From Octopus vulgaris (taxonomy: Eukaryota), in the NCBI GenBank assembly GCA_951406725.2, contig OX597818.1, forward strand, positions 34,534,001 through 34,598,000: a stretch of 64,000 nt of DNA. Reading direction: 5' to 3'. The notes under the pieces are model-generated. The model ran no database searches. It was not told the origin of the DNA and saw nothing but the letters and a program-made list of their open reading frames with translations. Shown here in pieces: positions 53,075 to 64,000 of this stretch. The number at the start of each line of letters is the position of its first letter. Position 1 is the first letter of the stretch. Position numbers and translations under genes: made by a program.

Positions 53075-53405
53075 GACATGTTTACAAAGTCAGAAAACAG
53101 CACAGCTCCCATGACTTTTGGAAACATTCTTTCACACTAAGAGTTGCTGAAGCATGGAACAAACTGCCGCCATAGGTTGTTAGTTGTCGGAGCACTGCAG
53201 CCTTCAAAACTTCCATGCTTCCTGAGTTCGCCAACACTACACCTGATTTTGTCCCCTCCATACACACGCAAGCATGTATCTGACTCATACACTGTTCACT
53301 TTCCAGACATTTATACATTACTGCATATGCTTTATATGCACTTTTGACAAGTTGTGGTGCACCTGAGCACTGTATACAATAATTTCATTATTATTATTAT
53401 TATTA
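53075..53405 (+). mobile_element. CR1/L2-like LINE 3' fragment
   Basis: FFTLRVAEAWNKLP peptide, (ATT)n tail. Confidence 0.65.
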
Positions 53406-55754
53406 AAATGGAAGAACAAATTGAATAATTTAGTCTTAGATACACTATGTTGAGAAATAAAGATGGAATGGTGACAAGTGGAACGTCTTTGGTCATAGGT
53501 TTGCTGGATCAGAGTTGATCTGAGGTTAAACTATGACAACAACAAAGTCTTTTTCTCCATGTACGAGATCCACATTGTGCAAATGGTGAAAGATAAGTGT
53601 AATGCTTCAAAGTCAGTTGCATCTAAATATTTGGAACATAAATTTAATTCAATTAAAATAATAAGTGATTATGAGACTAGATCATTGGTTCTCGTTTGAA
53701 TTTTATTTTTTCGGTTTTTTTTTTTTTGTACTTGTGGTTCACTTTAGAAAAAAATAAAGAGATTTTGGCATAATTTCAACATAACATTAAAAATGCATTA
53801 ACAGAAGGTAATTGCAGGTTTTTGGACCAATCAGTGAAATAATTTAAACCTTTCTGAGTTTAGTTTGGTTGACATATTTACTGATATATTATGTATAATA
53901 TTGAAATTTTATATTATTTAGAATTTCAGTTTGTGCTTTTCAAACTTTTAAAATATAATTTCATTATTTTGAAGGCTCACTAATGAGTTATGGTGCACTG
54001 CCTGGGAGCAATTGTTCCAGATGCACAAACAACATTATTCTTTTACTTGTTTCAGTCATTTGACTGTGGCCATGCTAGAGCACCACCTTTAATCGAGGAA
54101 ATCGACCACCAGGACTTATACTTTGTAAGCCTAGTATTTATTCTATCGGTCTCTTTTGCCGAACCGCTAAGTTACAGGGACGTAAACACACCAGCATCAG
54201 TTGTCAAACGATGTTGGAGGGACAAACACAGACACACAAACACACACATATATATACATATATACGACGGGCTTCTTTCAGTTTCCGTCTACCAAATCCA
54301 CTCACAAGGCTTTGGTTGGTCTGAGGCTATAGTAGAAGACACTTGCCCAAGGTGCCACGCAGTGGGACTGAACCCGGAACCATGTGGCTGGTAAGCAAGC
54401 TATCTACCACACAGCCACTCCTGCTAAGTAAATTGATCAAAGGTTTTGTTTGAGGCACACAGAAATGAATAGTTGTTAAATTCTGGTTACAAAAAGATGT
54501 TTCATGAATTGATGCCTAAGATTATGTGGTTTGATGACTACAGAGTAGTAAAGACTTGGAAAAAAAAGAGGTTAGATGAGATGAAAGAAGATTAAGATGT
54601 ATGGAGAATAAGAATAAAAATAACGAAATTACTATATACAGAATATAATCAAATCAAACACAACTAAAATAAATTTGCATTATAGGTTCTTCTATCTGGA
54701 TCAATAAATTAACACCAAATATGTTACTGTGATTGTTTCAATTAACGCTGACCTCATACTAATTTATTGGCATTGTACAAATGTAAGAAATAATTTTCAT
54801 TTTTCTTCTTTAAACAAGAGTCATGAAATAGTGATGAGCTAGCAAAATGCAGCATGACCTCAATACCTAATAGAGGGAATTTAACTTAACAATTTAATAT
54901 GCATATTGCTTACAATGCAAATTTTTCCTGAGAAAAGAACAAAGTGCATAATTTGGCATACATCTAATCAATTACTTGATTTAACATCAATAGCTAGCCA
55001 AAGGGTGTATTTGGCAAGGTTGGCTCCAATTAAATAATAATTTGAAATCTTGATAAACTGCTTCTTATTGCTGTAGAATATGTCATAGTCTCCTCTTCTC
55101 CACTATACCAGTCTTGGAACCTGCAAAGTCATTACCTTCCTTCTCGTCTTACACCATAACAAAATAGTAAATAAATTTTCGGTGAACTAGTTCAGTGGTT
55201 TGATTCAATTCTCAGAAAGAAGCTCTTTACAGCTTCTTATTGACTTCAATTTTTTTATATACTTAGAAAGGAAGTATGAATATCACACTTTCTAATTTCT
55301 TTTTCTTTCAAGAATAAAAAATCATTAAACTGAGTTAAAAAGCAGATAATATTTGGCTTTAAATTTAATTTACTATTCACTCAAATGCAAATGAGTATGA
55401 AACAAAATATTTTACATTTGATTTTATATTTACTAATGATAACACACCACCAAACCAAAAGATATAATATTTGAAGTGTTGTCTAATTTCAATTGGGCTG
55501 AGTGCAAAAAAATTAACTAAAATTTAATTGTATAAGGATGGGATTTAATATATGAGACAGAGACCTAGTTCTTTATTGAATCTGTCAAAAATTTAGAGAA
55601 GAAATTTTCCAAACTTGGAAGCAAAACCTTGAATCGAGAGTCCTCAAAGTAAATCTAGCAAGTATTAAGATTTCAGTAAGAAAGATAGAACTCTGTAACT
55701 GCCATTGTTTGCTAAAGAGGTGATAAGAATAGAAGTATATATATTTATTTACTG

Positions 55755-55972
55755 CCCACAAGGGGCTAAACATAGAGGGGACAAACAAGGACAGACAAAG
55801 GGATTAAGTCGATTACATCGACCCCAGTGCAAAACTGGTACTTTATTTATCGACCCCAAAAGGATGAAAGACAAATTCGACCTCGGCAGAATTTGAACTC
55901 AGAACGTAACGGCAGACAAAATATGGCTATACATTTTGCCCGGCGCGCTAACGTTTCTGCCAGATCACCGCC
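55755..55972 (-). mobile_element. tRNA-derived SINE (family also at ~313-620, ~1777-1960, ~5372-5575, ~37810-38225, ~49060-49270)
   Basis: Shared GAGTTCAAATTCCGCCGAGGTCGACTTTGCCTTTCATCC core in many dispersed copies. Confidence 0.8.
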
Positions 55973-56487
55973 ATAGAATAGTATATAACCAAATAGAAGT
56001 TATTTCCATTTCTATTGTATGCAGTTATTGCCAGTGTTGCTGTTTGTGAAATGTGGTGTTGTTTAACTGTATTACTGTGAGAATTTTAGAAGGGTCTATT
56101 AAATGTTTTAAAGTTTGTTTCAAACAGTCATGACTTTCATACATTGTCTACATGAGAAGTTGGAATACATATTTTTGTTTGTTGCTTTTTTTTTTCCATC
56201 ATTGAATCTGTATTCAAGTTGTAACCATATTGTCTTCTTTGCTGCCATATTACATTCAGGACTAATGTATCCCTTTTAAAAAGATATGGGTAAAACTTTA
56301 AAAAGATTTGGAGTATAGTAGAGAGGGATTGAGCAGTTAAAGTATGAAAGAAGGGATAAGAGCAATTTCTTATTGTAGAGAAGATACATGGCTACCATGC
56401 ATTATATAAGGGAGAGTGGAAATAATTGGAGTGGAGGTTGAAACAGAGATAAAAACAGTGATGATAAGATGTCAGTGAATACATGTA

Positions 56488-57009
56488 CCGTAAATCCTCG
56501 AGTATAGCCCGCCCTTGAGTATAATATGCAGGGCATTTTTAGGGGGCTGTACTTCTGAAAAACCTAAACCTTGTGTATAATACGCACCCCTTCTCTAACT
56601 TGAGTCGTGCATAATGAAGCCAGCAGCACCTAGTCGAACAAACACTTCTGCGCATGCATAATACAATAATGGGTATGTTCTTAACTGTTATATAGGAATG
56701 TAAATATGTTTGCAAATTGTTTTTCTTACATGTTATTCTGTGTTCTGAGTACTTTTATTTTAATAAATGTTGCTTACTGCAAGTTATGGATGATTCTTTT
56801 ATGACTTCATTGCTTTCAGGCTTAGCTTAAGGTATTTTCGTGCTCGACATCACAAAATTCATCTGATTAAACATTGCCGGACAGCAAATAGAGACTCAGA
56901 CATTGCTTTAAAAATAATTTTCATTTTTAACCTCGTATATAGTACGCACTAGGGATTTTGACCTTTAAATTTTGAGGAAAAAATGCGGATTATACTCGAG
57001 GATTTACAG
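56488..57009. mobile_element. Tc1/mariner-pogo-type MITE
   Basis: TA|CCGTAAATCCTCGAGTATA...TATACTCGAGGATTTACAG|TA. Confidence 0.85.
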
Positions 57010-57978
57010 TATACATTAGAGAAATTTCTAAAAGATAAACATAAGATTTCTATGAATATATGTACATACAAAGAGATTTAGAATAAGATACATTTAAGCA
57101 AACATTCTATAATCCAATTCACTTAAGAAATAGAAAATAAAAATAGGATTAAGAGTTAATATATCTTCTGTTTGTTTCATTGAGCATAACTATAATTGGA
57201 ATAAATATATTCTGATACTTATACACACATTCATTCATTTATTGTAGTATACATTTATAAGGCAGATCATTTCTGAAATTCCAAAGTGGTTCTTTCTTCT
57301 CTTTGTTATTCTTTCACATTATATATAAAAGATATTTTAATACATCTAAATATTTCTCTGAGAAAAATTTTATATCCAGAATATTTTAAGGAAAATTGGT
57401 TTTCTCACAAGCAAATAATAATCAGTAGAAATAATACATTTCTAAATCTCTCGAATTATTGTATGTTTACAGAGGTAGATAGGCATCAACAGCTAGCAAG
57501 CCATGCTACTCCAGAATGATGATGAGCGATGACTCAGAAACTAGTCTCTGCAAGCTGGCATTGCTGGGTGGAGGTGCTTATCTCCCCCTTTGTAAACATC
57601 AGGACACAGGAAATATGTCGAGGCCGACAGGAAGCGGTGCTTCCTAGGGCTAAATAGCAGTAGTATTATTCCCTTTCATGGGACTGTCACATTAAGTTGA
57701 CAACATACCACCACTTTAAATATTAATCAGAAAATCAGAAATTATTCTGTGAGAAATCTATACATCATTTTCTGTGCAAAATTTTGAGGACTGTTTGGAG
57801 TAATCATCATCATCATCATCATCATCGTTTAACGTCCGCTTTCCATGCTAGCATGGGTTGGACGGTTCAACTGGGGTCTGGCAAGCTCGAAGGCTGCACC
57901 AGGCCAGTCAGATCTGGCAGTGTTTCTACAGCTGGATGCCCTTCCTAACGCCAACCACTCCGAGAGTGTAGTGGGTGA

Positions 57979-58175
57979 TTTTATGTGCCACCGACACAGG
58001 TGCCAGGCGAGGCTGGCAGACGGCCACGCTCGGATGGTGTTTTTATGTGCCACCGACACAGGTGCCAGACGAGGCTGGCAGACGGCCACGCTCGGATGGT
58101 GTTTTTATGTGCCACCGACACAGGTGCCAGACGAGGCTGGCGAACGGCCACGCTTGGATGGTGTTTGTTACGTGC
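57979..58175. repeat. 62 bp tandem repeat, ~3 copies, inside a SINE-like element with a (CAT)n end
   Basis: Unit TTTTATGTGCCACCGACACAGGTGCCAGACGAGGCTGGCAGACGGCCACGCTCGGATGGTGT starts at 57979, 58041 and 58103. Confidence 0.9.
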
Positions 58176-58594
58176 CCTAAAGTGCATAAACAATATATGG
58201 CTTCCATAACAAGTGCAGCTAGCATCTACGTGAGTAATTAGTTTCTACAAGTCTTCCTGGTTCCTACAAGTGCAGCTGTTTCCTACAATAAGTGCAAATA
58301 GCTACAACATTGACAAATTTAAAGATTAACCACTGCCTGAGTATTGTGAATTTGAAAACTGATTCATGCCCTAATACCATAAGTTTGAAAATTAATCCAT
58401 GGCCCATCACTGTGAGTTTGAAAGCAAGAAGTTACAGGAAGTCAAATACATTATAAAAGAAGGGAGAGACAAAGAATTTCTTTTTTTCTATTTTTTTTTT
58501 CATGATGTAACATTGCAAATTTTGCATATTCACCATTTTATGTGATTCAACCCAATAGCTACATATTCTATACAATTTAACAGCATTAGCAGTT

Positions 58595-58893
58595 TGATGC
58601 AAATATATGGGAAACTACCACCTGTGTCATCTCTTGTGAAAGGTAGGAGAATCCAGTTTGCTGGACATTGTTGTAGAGCTGAAAAAGAAGTAATTTCTAC
58701 TCTTCTCCTCTGGAAGCCATCTGCTCGCAATACCAGAGGGCGCACACTCTCCTACCCTGATGTAATCTCCAGGGATACAGGCATCCAGCAACAGGACCTC
58801 CGTAATGCCATGATGGACCGTGAAGTCTGGAGTAGCATGGTAAATTCCACTGTCTCGACCACGGTCGAACAATGATGATGATGATGATGATGA
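58595..58893 (+). mobile_element. RTE-like LINE 3' fragment
   Basis: RRIQFAGHC.R...LLLWKP...RGR peptide, (TGA)n tail. Confidence 0.7.
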
Positions 58894-58979
58894 ATAAGGG
58901 GTCCAGAGTTAAAATAGCTTCAAATAACTATGAATGAATACTTAACTGGGGGAATTCAATAAACCGACTTGAACAAATA

Positions 58980-59468
58980 TTGGGCTGTCCGGAAAGTCCA
59001 TGCTGATTTTTAAAGGAAAGAAAAAGGTTCACAAATACTTGCCATTATATTTTTAATCAACCAAATAGGAACCATTTTGTTGCACAATGTGTCTCCATCT
59101 TTCCTTTAACTTGAAAATACCCTCTTCTCAGAAGTGAGGTGGTTTCATGGCAAAGAATTCATCAAGGTATCTTTTTACATCATCCAAGGAATTGAAATTT
59201 TTACCATTAAGACTAGCTGAACTGCAGCAATTTTTTTCTGGTTCCCAAAGCATCAAGTGCCAAAAATGAACTTTCTTATCTTCCATTTTAAAGGGTTACA
59301 GAATTAACACAGGTTATAAGAATATAAACCTTCTTCCATGAAAAGATAGCTTAAACTGTGCTCTAAATGGATGTGTAGTCAAATCCTATTTTATGGACTC
59401 AACCATGTTCTAATATAAGTCGAAAGGTAAGCTACTATAAATCAGCACGAACTTTCCAGGCAGTCCAA
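58980..59468 (-). mobile_element. Internally deleted mariner element
   Basis: TA-flanked TIRs TTGGGCTGTCCGGAAAGT...; family member at 63068-63413. Confidence 0.8.
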
Positions 59469-60444
59469 TACTTACCCAACTTAATATTTTACCTTCTTTA
59501 TTAGTTTTATGGGGATATAAAACAACCTTGCTGCTTTACTCTTTTACTTGTTTCAGTCATTTGACTGTGGCCATGCTGGAGCACTGCTTTTAGTCAAGCA
59601 AATCGACCCCAGGACTTATTCTTTGCAAGCCTAGTATTTATTCTATCGGTCTCTTTTGCCAAACTGCTAAGTTACGGGGACGTAAACACACCAGTATTGG
59701 TTGTCAAGCAATGTTGGGAGGACAAACACAGACACACAAGCACATACACACATATATATACATATACATATATACAACGGGCTTCTTTCAGTTTCCGTCT
59801 ACCAAATCCACTCACAAGGCTTTGGTTGGCCTGAAGCTATAGTAGAAGACACTTGCCCAAGGTGCAACGCAGTGGGACTGAACCCAAAACCATGTGGTTG
59901 GTAAGCAAGCTACTTACCACACAGCCACTCCTGCTTGTTTAAAATATTCTCATGTTTGCTTTTATCTGTCCAAAAGCATTTTTTGTATGAAGTTAAAATT
60001 AATGATTTTTTTTTTCAAATTTCTATGCTGTTTTACATTAATGTCTTTTCTCACAACAGTAATTAATGTTCCAATTAACCCAAGTGAGCCAATAACTTCC
60101 ACATATTTAAATATTATGTCAAGAAGTTATTTAAGGATTAGCAAATGCGAAAACATTCTCATTAAATTCAAATTTGTCTTTTATTTGGAGAAAGAAAACA
60201 ATAAAAACCTGGTGAGAATTGTCAGTTACTCTGAAAGAAAAGTGGGAGATAATCACAATGAATTAAAAATTGATCTTTCAGAATTAATTTACATGGTTGG
60301 TAGGGGCGGATGTAATAAAAAAAACATCAGATTTTTCCCTAAGCATGCAAATTTTTAGAAATTAAATTAGAAACCCAAGAATTGTTGCATGATTAAGAAG
60401 TTTGTTTTGCAACCATATGGTTGCAAGTACAGTCCTACAGTATG

Positions 60445-60798
60445 AAGCACTCCGTCGGTTACGACGACGAGGGTTCCGGTTGATCCGATCAACGGAACAG
60501 CCTGCTCGTGAAATTAACGTGTAAGTGGCTGAGCACTCCACAGACACTCGGAGATATTCAGCGTGACACAGATAGTGACAAGGCCGGCCCTTTGAAATAC
60601 AGGTACAACAGAAACAGGAAGTAAGAGAAAGTTGTGGTGAAAGAGTACAGCAGGGATCACCACCATCCACTGCCGGAGCCTCGTGGAGCTTTAGGTGTTT
60701 TCGCTCGATAAACACTCACAACGCCCGGTCTGGGAATCGAAACCGCGATCCTACGACCACGAGTCCGCTGCCCTAACCACTGGGCCATTGCGCCTCCA
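60445..60798 (-). mobile_element. tRNA-derived SINE (related head at 49368-49550)
   Basis: GGAGGCGCAATGGCCCAGTGGTTAGGGCAGCGGACTCG...GGTTTCGATTCCC tRNA-like head followed by a non-tRNA body. Confidence 0.75.
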
Positions 60799-61604
60799 CA
60801 GTATAAGACCTTGGACAAGTGTCTTTTACTATAGCTTTGGCTGGTATATGGAAACTGAAAGATGATGGCATCTAAAATCGACGACAATAGAATTTGCTTT
60901 CAGAACGAAAATAAACGTCCATTCTATTAAATTATGACTGCTACAAATAAAATCATTTTAAGATATCATCCAGTCATCAAGCTGGTTGCATGATTCCTTC
61001 ATGTTCCTATTTTTACAATTACGAAGAAACAAACGATTAGACATGCTATAAACAACTATATCATGATAAAGAATGTTATTAATTCCCAATTTTTTAATTA
61101 AAATTAATTCATATTTTGGAAAAGAAAACAAAAAGCGTCAGATAAATTTTCCTAAGAAGGACAATATATTTTACTGATGTCTAAAGAAAAAACAGTCACA
61201 TCTTCCGCAAATAATACAAGTTGTCTTAAAAGTACTAAGGAAACAATTGACAACGGTCCGAGATACATGAAAACACGGCATCATCAAGGTCCCATTGTCT
61301 TTGATAAAAGATCTGTTCCACGAGTCATGGTTGGGAAATAACAACCGTGGGAATAACTCTTTCGGAATGAATTAAGAGTAGTAGTTTATTTTTCGGCAAA
61401 GACATCTCAGATAAACCTATAAAAAGAAAATGTATTAAAATAAAGCAAACATCGTTTACTACAAAACAGCCGCTAAAGGAGTCTCACCTTCAAGGGGAAC
61501 AACTTTGATTATCTTCATGTGGAAGCTATCAATATATGAATTCTCTGTCTTGACACAGCACATTACTTTATATTTGCCTGTTTTAGGGCTATGATGCTGT
61601 AACT

Positions 61605-62119
61605 CAGTGGTTCCCAAAGTGGGTGGTATTGCTCCCGTGGGGGCGGTGGAAAGTTCCAAGGAGGCATTGAGGAAGACTAGGGCGATAATGGGTGAGTGAT
61701 TCATGTAAAAGGTGGGGCGATAAGGGGGTAGCGATTCCTGTAAACACAACAAAATAATGGGTTCGTTAGGTTAAGTTTTATTTGTGATATACAGTTTCTC
61801 TGAATTACGGAGATGTACTTGCATAGCAAGTGACCTGATCTGAGATCGTGTGCTGGAACGAAAACAATTGCAGCGAGGAAGGTGTTTATAAGCCATTTAA
61901 GAAACACACAAAAACCGTTAGATTCACTTCAACATTTAAATTTAATTTCTCAAAATATTTTCGTCGCTTTGAGACCGCGACCTGTTCATTGACAAAACTC
62001 CGTGCTGAATTTGCTTGAGAAAGAGGTATATGTTTATGATGGTTAATTGGGGTGGGGGCGCTAGGAATGTGACCTGGGTATCAAGAGGCCGGCGACCCGA
62101 AAAGGTTTGGGAACCACAG
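61605..62119. mobile_element. hAT-type MITE with 8 bp TSD
   Basis: CAGTGGTTCCCAAA/TTTGGGAACCACAG TIRs; CTGTAACT at 61597-61604 and 62120-62127. Confidence 0.88.
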
Positions 62120-62615
62120 CTGTAACTGAACGGAGTCCCATTCAAGAGAGCTAGCATAGCAATATTTCATTTCCCCTCCAATTAAGTTAGGAGGCGAAAA
62201 TGTAGCTGTCATTTACAAACCTCTGTCTGCTAAACACTAATATCTTGATGTCTTAAGAGTGTAGATATCTGAAAGCAGTGAGACAGAGGGCAAGCGAGCA
62301 AATTGGACTCAGCCATGCAAATACATAACTATCCATCTACGCTCCGACTTCCTCTCCCAGCCGAAAGGTTTTGTCTTGCAGATACCAGTGCCATGTAAAT
62401 GCACTTGTGCTGGTACCATGTAAAATGCACTCATGCCAGGGCCATGTAGATTCACTCATGCTAGTGGCATGTAAAAAGCACCTAATATACACTGTAAAGT
62501 GGTTGGCATTAGAAAGGGCATCCAACTATAGAAACCATGCCAGAACAGACAACTGGAGCCTGAACATCTCTGGTGAAAACATTCAACCCATGCCAGTATG
62601 GAAAACGAGCATTAA

Positions 62616-62647
<32 letters not shown>

Positions 62648-63067
62648 AGAAAAAACAGTCACATCTCCCTCAAATAACACAAACTGTCTTAAAAGTACTA
62701 AGGAAACATTTGACAACATAGTCCAAGATAAATAAAAACCTTTTGGCAACTATATATTTCCCTGTTTTAGGCTATAATGCTGTAACTCAGGGGTTCCCAA
62801 AGTGGGTGGTATTGCCCCCGTGGGGGGGGGGGAGTTCTAAGGAGGCATTGAAACGTTTTTTTGAAACAATCTTAATAGCGTTCAGTTAATCACTATACAT
62901 ATCCATCATTTTCTGTTAAAATATTTTTATTAATGAGTTTCATTTCTTCACTTCCCTGAAGAGAAGATTACATTGTTTCACACCATTTTATTCCTTTGGA
63001 ATAATACCAGTGATATCTTCGAAACATGTGTCTGAAGTAAAAGAATTTGAATAACACCTGTGTTTAA

Positions 63068-63413
63068 CTTGCCATTAAGACTATTTTGCAGAGACCTGGA
63101 TAAGTGGAAATCCGAAGGAGCAATATCTGGTGCATTTGGAGGGTGGGGTAACACATCCCAGCCAAACTGCAGCAATTTTTTTCTGGTTCCCAAAGCATCA
63201 AGTTCTGAAAATGAACTTTCTTATCTTCCATTTTAAAGGGTTACAGAATTAACACAGGTTATAGGAACATAAACCTCCTTCCACAAAAAGATAGCTTAAA
63301 CTGTGCTCTAAATGGAGGTGTAGTCCAATCCTATTTTATGGACTCAACCATGTTCTAAAATAAGTCGAAATGTAAGCTACTATAAATCAGCATGAACTTT
63401 CCGCACAACCCAA
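63068..63413 (-). mobile_element. Mariner fragment (one TIR)
   Basis: WDVLPHPP.APDIAPSDFHL.RSLQNSL peptide; matches 59200-59468. Confidence 0.8.
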
Positions 63414-63601
63414 TATATTCACCACACTCTCTCTCACAATGTATAAAAGTATATAGACCATGATGAATGTGTGTTTGTTTGTTAGTGTGTGAGTGTGTAT
63501 GTGTGTAAAGAATTTCATTAGGGTGTCTGAGTGATTTTAAAAGGTATGAAAAACATAATTTATTTTTAACAGCATACTTTTCTGTTAATAATAATGATTT
63601 T

Positions 63602-63732
<131 letters not shown>

Positions 63733-64000
63733 TGCACACTAGCTGAGTATCTTGTCATTGTCAGGTAATTTTCATAATAGAATATCTTGGCAGACTTTTG
63801 GAATAGCACACTCTAAGCTGAATTTTCTCCATTTGATATTTTTTCAATTTTTTCTTTTCACCATACCTTTGCAAATGATGGTGGTGCCAGGGAGAGGTGG
63901 GTGGCTGAGAGCTTTTTTTTAAAAAAAAGTTTTGAAAATTTATGAATCTCTTTCCCCACTTCTGGATCGATTTTGTCCATTTTTTTTTTTTTGCATTATG

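Noticed and set aside
57979-58175. CRISPR-like regular repeat
   Set aside because: Head-to-tail 62 bp units with no unique spacers, in a eukaryotic repeat context.
59894-60358. 154 aa ORF
   Set aside because: Starts inside a SINE and continues into AT-rich low-complexity sequence with no motif or splice support.
60725-60798. tRNA gene
   Set aside because: tRNA-like A/B boxes, but no closed acceptor stem, and it continues into a repeated SINE body.

Overview
AT-rich, intron-containing animal DNA packed with SINEs, DNA transposons and microsatellites. The SINE families look cephalopod (Octopus-like), but that is an inference. The main structure is a large inverted duplication, ~305-13926 mirrored by ~18813-38235, with a ~4.9 kb non-duplicated spacer. 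It places two thiopurine S-methyltransferase (TPMT) genes head-to-head. The + strand copy is complete: 8 coding exons, 30941-44631, 234 aa. The - strand copy shows coding exons 1-5 (8286 down to 2094) and probably continues off the left edge. The two copies differ at 8 amino acids, including the FFPLCGK and WDRGALVAI motifs. A minimal type I hammerhead ribozyme motif lies in intron 3 of both copies in the sense direction; it is intact only in the - strand copy. Comparing the arms exposes empty and filled sites for a Chapaev3-like transposon, a Helitron and a MITE, plus a micro-inversion with templated junctions. Other elements include a degraded CRE-type non-LTR retrotransposon, mariner, piggyBac, hAT and pogo-like elements, CR1/RTE LINE fragments and a solo LTR. 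Most ORFs in the supplied track are microsatellite or SINE artefacts. All alignments were done by eye; repeat boundaries without a TSD are approximate.
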